Source: Gordius albopunctatus (taxonomy: Eukaryota). From it: a stretch of 64,000 bases of DNA. The notes beneath the pieces were generated by a model. It did not search any database and was not told the origin of the DNA. It saw only the letters and a list, made by a program, of their open reading frames with translations. The stretch spans positions 3,410,001 through 3,474,000 of the forward strand of contig OZ193909.1 in NCBI GenBank assembly GCA_964276515.1, given 5' to 3'. This document shows, piece after piece, positions 38,801 through 52,400 of the stretch. The number at the start of each line of letters is the position of its first letter. The first letter of the stretch is position 1. The position numbers and the translations under genes are program-made.

Positions 38801-40163
38801 AATTTTGAAATATTTTTATGCATTCACATAAAATCACCTATTAACTCTCTGTAACCACTGAAAACTCATCAGCTATACCAAGCCCCGCATCAAGTTTGCA
38901 AACGGGGTTCAAAATTTATCTCAATAATCGCTTAATATTTAAAATGATAAAATAGCTAACTTATTAGTTTTAATTTTTTTAAAGCTCGAGATACAAAAAA
39001 GTCCATTTATATGCCTGTTTAATCTTAATTAACCCCTGCCTTAATTTGACTTACGTCTCGTGTCTGTTTGGAATTACACCCGTGTAAATTAAACCTCAAA
39101 TCATCAAGTTTTTTAATTATTGAGGTTGGATCATGGAATGGATAAAATGATTTTTAATAAATTCTCACATCTTCCGATAATTGACTATTTAAATTGAGGT
39201 TGCAACGAATTAGAAGAAGCGCGAGAAAGTTCTTTCCACGTTGTACCAGGCGCTTCTATCGCATCGACATATAGATGCTACAAATTGAGTATTTTCGAAT
39301 TATCGTTGATTTTATGCCGTCTAAACAATGAAATCGGATTTATATGATGTTGGATTTTTGCCCTATGAAAAACATTTAGTCTTAAGATCTTTTTGATTTG
39401 TTCGAGTTGGCGAACCTTAGGTTTGGTGGAACTACCCTCTGCCCATCCAAATTAAGACGTTCAACGATCTTCAAAAACCGAGAAATTTATAGAATTTATC
39501 TTTGTAAATGTTTTTTTCCATCGTATTACCCGGTGCTTGGCACCTCTTAGAATGATGAATATGACGACGTTGGCAACTATATTGATAAACGCATAGCCAC
39601 TTGGATGTTTTACGTAAGTACTTTTGTGCTAAAAATTCTGAAACTTCACGAGGGGGTTTCAAGTTTGTGTGTTTCCAACTAATTGATAATGACTCTGTAT
39701 GGTTACTTTTAAATTACAATGATATTTGGATTTTTAAAACGTTAATCAATCCTTTTAGATGAGTAACGTAGCCGCCGGCGGGGCAACCGTTTTCCCATCT
39801 GTGGGCGTTCGAGCCACTCCCAAAAAGGTTTAAATTTTGTGAAAAAATTGCATTCGTACTTTTTTTATAAATGACTTTTTGTACAAATTTTATGTAAACA
39901 ATAATTTAGGGAGCAGCCGTATTTTGGTACAATCTCAAAGCATCTGGTGCTGGCGATTTCGACACCAGACACGCCGCGTGCCCCGTTTTAGCAGGATCTA
40001 AATGGGGTAAGTGTCTTTATTTTACAGAATTTACGGCTTAATTTTACACTTTTTATACCATAATATTTAAAACTTTATTAATTTCCTCATAGTATCTAAC
40101 AAATGGATTCACGAACGCGGGCAGGAGTTTATTAGACCGTGCAAACTATCGTCCAAAGTTTAA
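23862..40163 (+). CDS. P4HA: Collagen prolyl 4-hydroxylase alpha subunit with two mutually exclusive exon pairs
   Basis: Exons 23862-24043, 24168-24316, 24572-24733, 28485-28645, 29325-29376, 31397-31569, 32413-32589, [33548-33618 or 37536-37606], 37741-37840, 38406-38459, [38736-38798 or 39551-39613], 39759-39827, 39910-40006, 40093-40163, all GT-AG and in frame. Motifs YLGNPVNAFLLIK, GAAVALFRLQDMY, LQVANYGIGGHYDPHYD (HxD), GGATVFP, AVFWYNL, TRHAACPVLAGSKWVSNKWIHERGQEF. Confidence 0.95.
25249..25371. mobile_element. CATGGGCGTAGCC-family MITE
   Basis: TSD cccggcgt/ctcggtgt (6/8). Further copies in P4HA introns: 26647-26750 (TSD gatgggca/aatgggca), ~28704-28830, 36868-37022. Confidence 0.75.
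26293..26591. mobile_element. PIF/Harbinger (Tourist-like) MITE
   Basis: TIR GGGCTTGTCTTAATATC / GATATTAAGACAAGCCC flanked by TAA on both sides. Confidence 0.85.
26983..27928. mobile_element. Non-autonomous DNA transposon with GGGGAGACCGGGGC-type TIR
   Basis: gggagaccggggc..aatagcc / ggctacgactagccccggtctcccc; internal repeats of the TIR motif; superfamily uncertain. Confidence 0.65.
30508..30780. mobile_element. MITE with CATAGACTAATAGACTGCTCAT-type TIR
   Basis: tagactgctcat ... atgagcagtcta inverted pair; a related end occurs at ~8540-8561. Confidence 0.55.
30840..31173. mobile_element. PIF/Harbinger MITE nested in a TAGTGTTGTA-family MITE (~30779-31291)
   Basis: Same TIR and TAA flanks as 26293-26591, opposite orientation. 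Confidence 0.85.
33003..33210. mobile_element. Foldback MITE, TAGTGTTGTA...TACAACACTA family
   Basis: Long imperfect palindrome; TSD-like cccgagac/ctcgacac. Other copies at 34901-35039 and ~60870-61007. Confidence 0.75.
33548..33618 (+). CDS. P4HA alternative exon 8a (71 nt): LRRATTFNSKTQKYEPADYRISK(S)
   Basis: AG/GT-flanked, phase 0-2, paralogous to 37536-37606. Confidence 0.9.
33790..36310 (-). mobile_element. Degraded non-LTR retrotransposon, probably R2/NeSL (RLE)-like, between exons 8a and 8b
   Basis: Minus-strand fragments FPVIPIASFLQ, IRPHRTQSAF, GFKMG and KIAFLDDILIFG (RT YxDD region), with many stops; 19-bp near-direct repeat acggtattgtgacc(g/a)ttgc at both ends. Confidence 0.55.
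37536..37606 (+). CDS. P4HA alternative exon 8b (71 nt): LKRAKILNGETGMVETADYRISK(S)
   Basis: AG/GT-flanked, same length and phase as 8a. Confidence 0.9.
37916..38118. mobile_element. hAT-type MITE with ~30 bp TIR
   Basis: TAGAGTTGTTAAATTGCTAACTTTCTTCAAA and its perfect reverse complement; perfect 8-bp TSD ggttattc. Confidence 0.9.
38736..38798 (+). CDS. P4HA alternative exon 11a (63 nt): SIEKDAFNEAQGNRIATFMFY
   Basis: AG/GT-flanked, phase 0-0. Confidence 0.9.
39551..39613 (+). CDS. P4HA alternative exon 11b (63 nt): NDEYDDVGNYIDKRIATWMFY
   Basis: AG/GTAAG-flanked, phase 0-0, same length as 11a. Confidence 0.85.
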
Positions 40164-41382
40164 GAAATCGCACACCCTGCATAAACTTCTCTGAAACCTT
40201 AAATCATGAGTAGTGAATTAGACAAAAATCACAAAGAATCTTTTGCCATTACTTACCTTTAAACATCTATAATTCTCCACAATATTTGACAATTGTTTTT
40301 TCTACTTTAGCAACTTATTTTTCTAACTACGGTTACACATATTTTTAGCCCCCAATACCAAATTTATAATCATTGTAAATTAAACTTATCTATACTTATA
40401 CACGAATAAACGTTATATAAACTGTTCGATTTATACTTGCAATACCAGTTTTTGATCATGGTGCATTGGCATCATGCGTTTCACAATGCTAATATATCTC
40501 TTTTTTTGTAAGCGGATGTTTTATAGTATCGAATTGTTTATTATTTTACTATATTTATAAATAAATTATAAAATTATTTTAAACGGAAGGATTATGTTGT
40601 ATCCAATGAAGGTCTTTTATTAAGAATTTGCGAATTTATGGGTAAAAGAGGAAGATATTGAAACATAAATTATCGAATTGCTGGGAAATTAATGACCAAA
40701 AGGCGATGGCTCCTCCAGAACTTGGGCATTACATTCATTGAAATGGTATTTCTATGTATGTAAATGTCAAAAACGAAAATTACTAACATCAATTAAAATG
40801 TCAACATTATGTGTACGAACGTTTTAATGAAAGAATACGTTGTATGGTATGAGCATTTATTACTCATAATATAAAGCCACATTTAAATTAATATAGTTCA
40901 AGTTCTACGTGTTACGTTTTTAGGTAAAAACGTTGAAAATATTTGCTACTTAAAAGCTTATAATAATTAATTGTAAAAAATCAGTGTCGCAACTAGTCAT
41001 AAAAAATTGAAATTTAAATAGTACTTTTTAATCAGGCTAAAGATCAGAATGGAAATATCCATACACGGATCAATGCCATCCGTTTAGTTATAGCGCGTTT
41101 TTATATTTTTTGTCGTGTATATAATTTTTTGTATGCCATTTAATAAAGAGTTATTATTTTAAAAAAAATTTATTAAATTGTTTTGGCCAATTAATTTTAG
41201 ATCACCATATAGGGCGAGAACGGGCTTTGAGGTTGGGGTGGATTTGAATTAAATCAAATTGACTTTGCAAAACTCTACCAAATTTTGTGCTCAATATAAT
41301 TTTTGAAATTTATAATAGGGCAGTTGAAATTTAAAGGCGTTTTCGATGGAAAAATTAACTTTGCAGAAGTTTACACGTGTTA

Positions 41383-41737
41383 GGGTTTGTCTTAATATCG
41401 GATTTTAACGCGCAGCGAAAATCGTCATACGTGTTTTAACATAGCCGTGTCAAAATATCCGATTTACATCAGATTTCGTTTTTAGACGCATAACATAACA
41501 GCGATTTTGTAGGATGCAAAACTTTTCCTAAGCTTAAATGTTGTATGTTTTTAAATTTTAAGGTATCAGTAAAGTTTAGATTTAATCTCAGACTTGAAAT
41601 AAACAAAAAAAACGTTTTGAACTATCAAAAAACAAAATATTTATAATTACAACCGAGTTTAACCCATAAAATTGAATCGGATATTTAGACAAAGTTAAAT
41701 TCGCACGATATGAATCTGAATCCGATATTAAGACAAG
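41383..41737. mobile_element. PIF/Harbinger MITE (third full copy)
   Basis: gggtttgtcttaatatcggat ... atccgatattaagacaag, TTA flanks. Confidence 0.8.
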
Positions 41738-43082
41738 TTAGACAATCACTAATATCTTTTTGTCTAAGTTATATGCTTAATGATAAAAACTTTTTGCGAC
41801 AAAAATGATCATAAAATTATTTCCGTAGTTTTGTCACACAACCTATAAAATGAGCATATAAACAAATTAATCTGCTACAAAAACGAAAATTTTCGCTTTT
41901 GTTCCACATTTGACTTTCCAAGGTCACATCGGACCAAAGTATAGTATAATTTATATGTAACCCGTGTAAACTGATTTTATAATATAGTCTCAACGAATTT
42001 AAGAAAAAAATATCGGTATTTAGGTTTGAAAGGCTAAAATTATATAGGCCTCATAAGATATATAAGAACTAAATTGTTCCTGAATAAATTATGTTGTTAT
42101 GATATGAGGATCAAATTCTAAGATTAATTGGTAATAACAAAATAACAAGTTTTCGCGCGCTGTTTTGAATAAATAAAAAATTAAGTCATGTTCAAAAACT
42201 AAGAGCTTTCTCTGCCTCTTCAAAAATTAACTCGAACCTTTTTAAATAAAATCTTAATATTTTAATGGAAATAACATTCAACAATATTAACTTTTATAGC
42301 GTCATCTACATTCCAACTTGTTTATAAAAGGGGTTCGGTTTCAGAAAATTTTTTGGAAGTTTGGCTTAAATATTTAATCTGGAATATTTTTGAATCCCCT
42401 AATTATAACAAAAAAATATATAATTTTCAATTAACCTTTTAATACGTCAACGTTATTCACCCTAAATTTATTTCCGCAAAATCTTAATCAATGTTTTTAA
42501 ATTTCTTTAAGGGTATATCATTCGTAAGATGTGTTTGCACGGCCTTCATAAGTAAATATAAAGGCTGGTACTTGCTGCTATTTAGGCTCATTTCTAGTCG
42601 GGCAGAGATGTGATCTTTATTATATTGCCTTTGCCTTCTGTTAGTAATTAGACCATGCTGGCTACGCCCATGAAATAGACCAAAACGAAATTAGGTTAAG
42701 ACATAGGATAGATGTTGGCTAGTTAAGTTTGTTAGTTAAAAATATGACACTAACTTATCATTATGATAAATTTTTATTCGATATTTAAAATTTTCACAGA
42801 TAAATATAAAATCCTAATGCAAAATTTAACCATTCGTATAACAAAGCAAAACATTTTGTGGATTCTCCTTGGCTAGTAAACAACAGCCAGATGTGACCTT
42901 CAAATATCTGGCATTTACCAAAAGCAATAATTTATATTATAATTTTTATTCCAAATATAAATGCATTTAGTAGTGGTCCACAATAAAGGTGTTATGAGCT
43001 TTAACAAATAAATTAGTCAACAAAACATTAACCAAAATTAATACAAAAGCAATTTTTATAAATTAGTATATAAAGGATTGGG

Positions 43083-45007
<1,925 letters not shown>

Positions 45008-46839
45008 ATCCGGGTAATAATAAAGAAATTTTAAAATGACGTGTAAATAAATGTTTGCTTTATATTGGCAGCCATTTAGGATTTTTACAAATTTAAATCA
45101 AATCAGCTGACTTCAATTAGCACGAATAAATTTATCCCAAATAGGTGTAAACAAAAAATATCGTAAATAATAATTTTTTATTCTATTCAAGGCGTTAGGT
45201 CATTTTCACTCAGTCCATAGGAAATTGTCTACTTCTAAGATGAAAATTCCATGCATTGATTTGTCCGCACCTTCAAATTTTAATTAATTCTAATAGCACT
45301 ATATATCGTTGTCAAAATTCAAGACCCCTAGACAGCCTAGCTGCTCGTGCCGTTTCCGAAATGGCGTTGTTCCTTATATTATATGACCTTTATTTAAGTA
45401 TTCAATCGCAATATAACAAACAAAATTCAATTTTAATCATTATTAAATTCCTGGCCTCTTTTATATGATAAAACGAGAGGATTTATATAACACTCTTTTA
45501 TATCTATATATTATTATATTTAATTATAAACTAATTGTATTCTATTCGAATATCTATCAATAATTACCAATTAGGGAAAAATTATTTTGTTAAGGTGAGG
45601 ATCTGCGTTGTGATTTAATTTAAATACGAATAAGACTCTATGTTATGCTAAAAATTAATGAGGCAATTACGACATGTTTACGATAAGGTAAAGAACGTTC
45701 AATATACATTAATTATAAGACATCTTATTATTCCCTTAAAATTTTATTTTTTTTAATTTAAGTTTAATTACAGATCTTCCGAAAATTCACTTCCAAATTG
45801 AGGTATGAAATGTTTAACTGAAACATAAATATTAAAATACATTTGATTCACACATAAATTAAATTAATTAAATTTAAGATACTAGCAATTTAGTTAAGTT
45901 GCTTTAAGCGAAATTAAGGGCCTATGAGTTTAGTAAGCGCAATCCAGGGTTCAGCTCTTTCATAGGCCAAATGACGTATAGGGCCACGATAAAAGTAATG
46001 TGTGGTGGCTTTAGTAATAAATTTGTTTACAGGACAATTTATATATATGTCAATAGACAATAATATATTTGGTAGATTTGCAACAAGCAATGAGTCGATA
46101 GAATAGGGAAGATGAATGAAACAAACCAAATGATATAAGATGGACGAGTAATTTGTTAATTGAGTTAATTCCCCATCACTCCTACCAAGTTTTGCAACGA
46201 AAGTTTATCATTTGCCCACCATTCTAAGTGTACGCTCGACCGTGTCCTATTATTTGAGCTGGCAGTCTAGATTATTATAGTAGACCTTTAGTTCCAAATT
46301 TATGAAATCTTAACTTATGTCAGCCACATTTGAAAAACATAAGCATTATTTAAATGACATATAATTTAAAATATACTAGAATTATCATGTGAAAATAACA
46401 AATGGTCTACAATTCCCAGCCATAATCGTGTGCACTTTCTCTGGTTAATCATGCGGTTTAATATTTTCGCCATCAGGATTCGTCCGATGTGTGAAGTTTT
46501 TTTTGATAATTTATTTGTAATCAACTAAGAGGGTTGGGGTATTTTAAAAGGATAAATTGCAACATTTATCCTCGCAAAAACCCTGGACCTCCTCTGTTAA
46601 AGCCTCAAAGTCAGTCATAGTACATCCAACAACAATATTAATTTATTTATAGAGAGGAGAAATATTAGTTGAATAGCCTTTAGACGGCATATATCACAGT
46701 AGATAATACATTGTATAGACGTGTACGACCTAGCCAGGGCCTTGTGGGCTGGACTTTGGCAGGCTTTTTGTTAAAAATATATTACTGGATGAGAAGGTAA
46801 CTAATCAATCTTGGGCCGGGCTTAGATACAAATAAAGCT

Positions 46840-46995
46840 CGGTGGCCCGTCAACTTGCCGAAAACAATCTCGCCGAATTCACCTGGGACATTATGTGATT
46901 GATTGAATGGGGGACGATATTAAGTTAGGGGATCTTTTTTAACCGGGGGACATTAAATTCGGCGAGATGGTTTTCAGCGAGTTGATAGGGCACCG
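46840..46995. mobile_element. Small MITE with ~40 bp imperfect TIR (CGGTG...CACCG)
   Basis: cggtggcccgtcaacttgccgaaaacaatctcgccgaatt / aattcggcgagatggttttcagcgagttgatagggcaccg; no TSD seen. Confidence 0.7.
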
Positions 46996-47179
46996 GAAGA
47001 TTAATCAAGACATGGCACTAACCTGGTCGAGATATAAGAGACTTATCAAAATAAATTCCACCACTGTGAGACCAAATACTTGATAAAGAAGAAGATATAT
47101 TAAACCATTTTGTATACATTAAAATATTAATAAAAACATAATTTAAATAATTTTGCTTGTATAAATTTGTCGAATTGCC

Positions 47180-49443
47180 CTTTTCACGTGACACAAGGTC
47201 GTTTCTTGCCCACTCCTCCTGTACCTCCATTTTTAGTAATTTTTGATTTACAGCATTCGTCTCCCTTCTCAGTATATGCCCATACCACCTTAGCCTATTT
47301 TCGTTAATCAAGTCGGCCATAGATTGAATACCCTTTATTTTGTCATGAGAAAGTCAATTATTACATGGTCGAGCTTAGTATACCCCAAACTTCACCGTAT
47401 CATTCTCTTCTCCGTGGCTTGTAATAGCTTTTCTTCTGCTGTGTTCAATGCCCATGTTTCTCTTTCATAGACTAACACCGATCTTACGATGGATTTGTAA
47501 GCTTTGCTCTTTAAACATATTGGCATTTTCTTGTCGCATATTACACCGGATATACTTCGCCATTTAAGGCATCCTTTTGGTTCCAGACATTGATTTCTAT
47601 TGCGCAATTTCGGTGTAATATCAAGTCGAGGTATGTAAACCTGTCTACATTTGGTACTTTAGATGATCATCCAGCAATGGGAACCCTGTAATGTTCATCT
47701 CCATGTTTCCCGTTTTTCAATCGTTGACCTTATAACCATAGGCGTAGCCAATGGGAGGGGGGGGCAGGGAGGGGCGGCTGCCCCCTCTAAATCCAAAAAT
47801 TTGTTGAAATTTATTAAAATTATGGCTAAAATTAAAAAAATGATCATCATGGCCCTCCCTAAATCATCATTGCCCCCCTCTAATTCCAATGCTGACTACG
47901 CCCATGCTTATATAACCATATCCATCTAGGCGCTTTGAACACTTTTCGGCTTCTTCGAAAACTTTCTCCTTTGTCTTTGCACGTACCATATCATCGGAAT
48001 ATAGCATACACCATGGCGATGGTTTTTGAATGTCTCTCGTTATCGTAAAAATTAAATAAAAACGAATATAGAGTAGATCCTTTATGTAATCCAATTTCAA
48101 CCCGAAAGTTGAGAATCTACAACTATCGCCCTAATGCACGAATTTAAGGCTTTATAATATTTTTCAAAAACCGTACATATGTGTCAGGGATATTTTTTTC
48201 TCTCAACCATCACAATATTAAACCGCGAGTGACCGTGTCATAAGCTTTCTCCAAGTCGATAAAGTCCCTATTTAATTTTCTTCTCTTTTCTCCTTATTTA
48301 TCCCTCATTTGTCTTGCGAAGATGGGATGATTGTGGATTTCTCCGCTACAAATCCGAATTGGTTAGCCATTATTTCCACTTCGTTTTTCAACTTTGTTAT
48401 AAGATTTTTTCCCCATACGTTTCAAGAAATGGCAAGTTAGCTTAATACCTATGTATTTCCCACACTCCTGCGAGGCTCCTTTACCTTTGAATGAAGGTAT
48501 TATAATCGTGCTAGCTCTGAATTGATTAGAAATTCGCTCTTCCATGACCGTAACCAGCATTTGAATTAGAGGGGGCAATAATAATTTAGGGAAGGGCAAA
48601 ATGATCATTTTTTGAAATTTTAATAAATTTTTGGATTTAGAGGGGGGGCAGCTGCCCCTCCCCGCCCCTCTTTGGCTACGCCCATGCGCTCTTCTACCAA
48701 TCTTGTTAAAGAGATTCGTCATGGTCGCGACTCCTTCATCTCGGCATCCGACCTATGATTCCATATGAATTCCTTGGGGGCAATAGCTTTTCCTTTTTGC
48801 ATCTTGTTCCTTTGTTTCCTTACTTCATCCTTCTCAAACGACGAGGGGCCAATATTGGAATGGGAATCTTTGTCAATTGCAATTTTCATTAGTCCCTTTA
48901 AATATTTTTCCATCTTTCCATCACTTCCTTCGGCTTAAATAACGTTTGACCCTTCTCGTTTTTGACTCTTTTAAGGACTCTGACCTTGCGTTTGCGACTT
49001 TTATTCGCCTTTATCTTGGCCAATTTGTACATAAGCTTGTCGCCCCTTTTGGGATCTAGTTTGTTTGCCATCTTGGTGTTCGCAGCATTCTTCGCAATGG
49101 CAACGGCCTTTTTCGCGGCTCTCTTCGCCTTCTTATACACTTGATAATTCTTCGACATTTTTTAGTTATGCCCTGTATATGGAGATTTTTCTTTCTTCCG
49201 AATCCACACCGATTGATCCCCCCTTCATCTCAACCGCCTTCGTTGTGAGTCGTATTTATAACATTGCACTGGCGGGAAATGCAGTGCGCGTCGTTTGAGG
49301 AGGACGAGGACGCCCTAGCTTTCTGTTGTAAAGTTTTGTTTGAAACTATCATGATTTGAGAGTTGGTTTATATAGCCTGTTTCCGCCCTGACGCCAGCCT
49401 TCCACTTTTTGCACACAGATTTGGGACCGTCGTAGGCAATGTT
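47180..49443 (-). mobile_element. RTE-clade LINE, degraded, 5' end retained but endonuclease region internally deleted; two MITE insertions
   Basis: YKKAKRAAKKAVA, IIPSFKGKGASQECGKYIGIKLTCH, PWCMLYSDDMV, KWRSISGVICDKKMP..LK.K.YK..VR.VL.Y..ETW, RLRWYGHILRR. MITEs at 47737-47906 and 48543-48686 (perfect TSD cgctcttc). Confidence 0.9.
49393..49443 (-). ncRNA. Twister-ribozyme-like (type P1) relic at the RTE 5' end, probably inactive
   Basis: AAC ATTGCC TAC GACGG TCCCAAAT CTGT GTGC AAAAAGTG GAAGG CTGGC versus the recalled rice Osa-1-4 twister UAAC ACUGCC AAU GCCGG UCCCAAGC CCGG AU AAAAGUG GAGGG GGCGG. Confidence 0.75.
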
Positions 49444-52400
49444 TTTTAATATTATGATTATTTAAATCCTACATTAATTAGTTAATCAATATTGTTTATA
49501 TTAAGAAATTTATCTGCGAACTTTGAATTAGTTTATCTTGAAAGATATAATTATAACATATTTGCTAAATAAATTTGACCTTGTCTACGGTTTCCAAAAT
49601 TTATATTTGACATTAATAGTTTTATATATACGGGTTACAAATGCCATTAGGGAAAAAGTTCTAAACGGCGTGCCGCTTGTTGAAAGTCAAGAAACCCCAT
49701 TTGAAACCCATAATTTTTGATGACTTTTTACATGATTATTTTTTAACATATTCCATATATATGTTTGCCTAAATATTGGTAAAAAAAAGAAGGTTTAGAA
49801 TTAAAAAGCCTAGTACCGGCCCAGGCCGGGCCTAGAATTATTGATCTTGGCAGGCCCGGACTAGGCCCTATCTTTAAAATATTTGGCGCGGGGTGATCAA
49901 TGAAGCCTGAAAGGCTCGTTGCAGATTTTTAAAACTTATCTATTTATAATTATTTCTCTATTATATTAATGAGATATTTACACAAACTGCCCCCAGCCCG
50001 CAAATGTTTGGTCGTGGATCAAAAGCTAAATATATTGAAATCAATAGAATTCTTGGAAATAATTATAACTCAGTTGCGTTTTAATTGATTTCCGAAACCA
50101 TGGTCTTGCCGTTTATATGTGATATTTTTTTTCAAGTTAATATAAGTAAAACCGTGATTTTATAAAAAAAAAAACGTGATTGTATAAATAAATGTTTTTG
50201 CTTTTAAACATTCCAACACTTTCCATGTAGTAATCTAAAAAATTTTCAATCAAGGGAGAAGGTATTTTTGCCTGGGCCCTGTCATTTTGCCAATATTTTA
50301 AATTTATAATTCATATTTAAAGCGGAATTTATTCTCATAATTTTGTCCTCTATTTCTGTCTATAATTTTTAAAATTCAGACTTTTTATTAACTTTTGATG
50401 TTTGTTTTTATTTACACCGACCTAACCTTTCAATTGTGATACTAAAATGACTTAGTAAGCATCGATGAAAGTAAATCTAAAAATAATTTCGCTTAAGGCT
50501 AAAAAGTTAGTTGTTCAAAATTTATAGAGAGACAACACACACATACACATGGAAACTAAATTGATTGTGGTGTATTTTGGTAAGCGGAAGGGGCAAAAAT
50601 CGTGTCTTCTCCTCTCCTTCGTATATAGAAAACCAGCTCAAATACACGTTGGAGTTTTGATTAGAGGATGAGTCAATTCAATGTTACACAGATTATTTCA
50701 ACAGGATGCCCCCACTTGAACAATATAGTGAAGAGGATTCAGCGTTAAAAGGGGAAATTTCATCACTTTTATACCAACTGCCTCAATTTTAGACTATATT
50801 ATCAATATTCCAATCTGCAACGATATTCACTCTTTACACAGTAAGATTATTGTATATATATTAATACTTTTTCGTTCTTAATTGCTAAAGCAAAAAATAA
50901 GGTAACTTTAAAATTTTTTGTAAAAAAGATTTATTTGAAGGATTTTCGAAACGGGTGCGATGACAAATTAGGCTGTGCAGTTTATTCTTTGAGTAGTTAC
51001 CGACAAGTTTAAGCCCGAAAGGTTAAACTAAACTACCATGTTATTAACGAAAGAAATATTGAATATTGTTTGTTCTTCTTGTATTTGTATCATTCTTTAG
51101 CGAGAACATGTTAAAGATCGGGTTTTCGAGGATTTTTTTTACTATTGCTTATCTTTGAATGCCGGCATGCGATTCTCTAGGATAATAAAAATGCATAATT
51201 TCTACATGGATTTTCTTATAAATTACTTTTATTATTAATGAAATTTAAAGTTTCAAAATAATTTTTGTTTGGCTTTAAAATTAAATCAAGGTACCACAGG
51301 GTCAACGAAATCAATATTTTTAATAGTATATTTATATCGGATTCCCTCTAATGTTTCAATTTAAGCTACTAATTTTCTGTGAGGTGTATCTAAAATATAT
51401 GCTTCTGGATTTTATTACAATAATTGATGTTAGATGCATACGCGTATCCAGGAGTTGGTAGGGAGGGACGACTGCACTGCCCTCCTCTAAATCCAAAAAT
51501 TTTTCATAACTAAAATTACTAAAAATTAGGATTTAGCCCCATTATTGCCCCCCCCCTCTAAATCCAATTCTGACTACACCATTTTTTAATTATTAACAAT
51601 ACAAGTGTTTAAGGCGAGTTGCTAAAAGTAACTTTTTTGTTTTTTGAATGGTACAACAACCTGGAGGCCATTTTTCGTGTTACTACGTTAAAGCAAAGTG
51701 CGTTCCCGTTCGATCGAGGTCAAAGTTATGACGACAGGATTCGAATAAAATTTATATTCCCGGCTAACTAAAATCTTTTATTACCCATTCGTATGACCAC
51801 GTCACTATTTAAACTAGGACTAACTGTGATGTCACAATAGCCAATTTTCTTTGACATTTTGCCGCATAGTATTGCTCATACATACAAACACAAAGGTAGG
51901 TCTGGGCCATTGCGTTTGGGTGGCGGTTGGTATGCTAGGCATGTTATCTCTTCAATTGCTTCCCCCCCCCCTATTGTATTTATAATGGGTTCTGAACTTA
52001 GTCGTTAACCTTGTTTTGGTACCGGGTGGCCATGCCGTATAATCTTTTTGAACCAAAAACGCGTTTTACTTTTTACCGGAGGAAATATTGTGTACCATTA
52101 TCATTAACCTTACCTGCTGATATACTTTTTTTGAGAGAGAGAGAGAGAGCACTAGTCTAATAATTCAGCTAGTGAGAAGTGAAGTATTCATGTTAATTCG
52201 ATATTTTTTAAGTTTTAACTTTATAAATCTTAATAAACTTTCACCTAATACCATAATAATCTTAATTTCAATGTATTCTTTCTCGATAAGGGAAGGAGTG
52301 TCTGTCAATTAAATTAAGGCTAGAGTAGGACAAAATCAATTTGAGTCATGCAAAAGGAATTTGCGGTTGTCACCAGATCTTTCTTTTACATTACATCATT

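Noticed and set aside
38860..38875. CTGATGA on minus strand as a hammerhead ribozyme core
   Set aside because: No stem II followed by GAAA and no closing helices.
39200..39280. Possible third exon-11 variant (EARESSFHVVPGASIAST, same F-x4-G-x2-IA spacing)
   Set aside because: No in-frame AG acceptor or GT donor; similarity too weak.
37536..40163. Duplicated exons as a second P4HA gene or an assembly artefact
   Set aside because: Only single exons are duplicated, they are strongly diverged at DNA level with preserved length and phase, and flanking exons are single copy.
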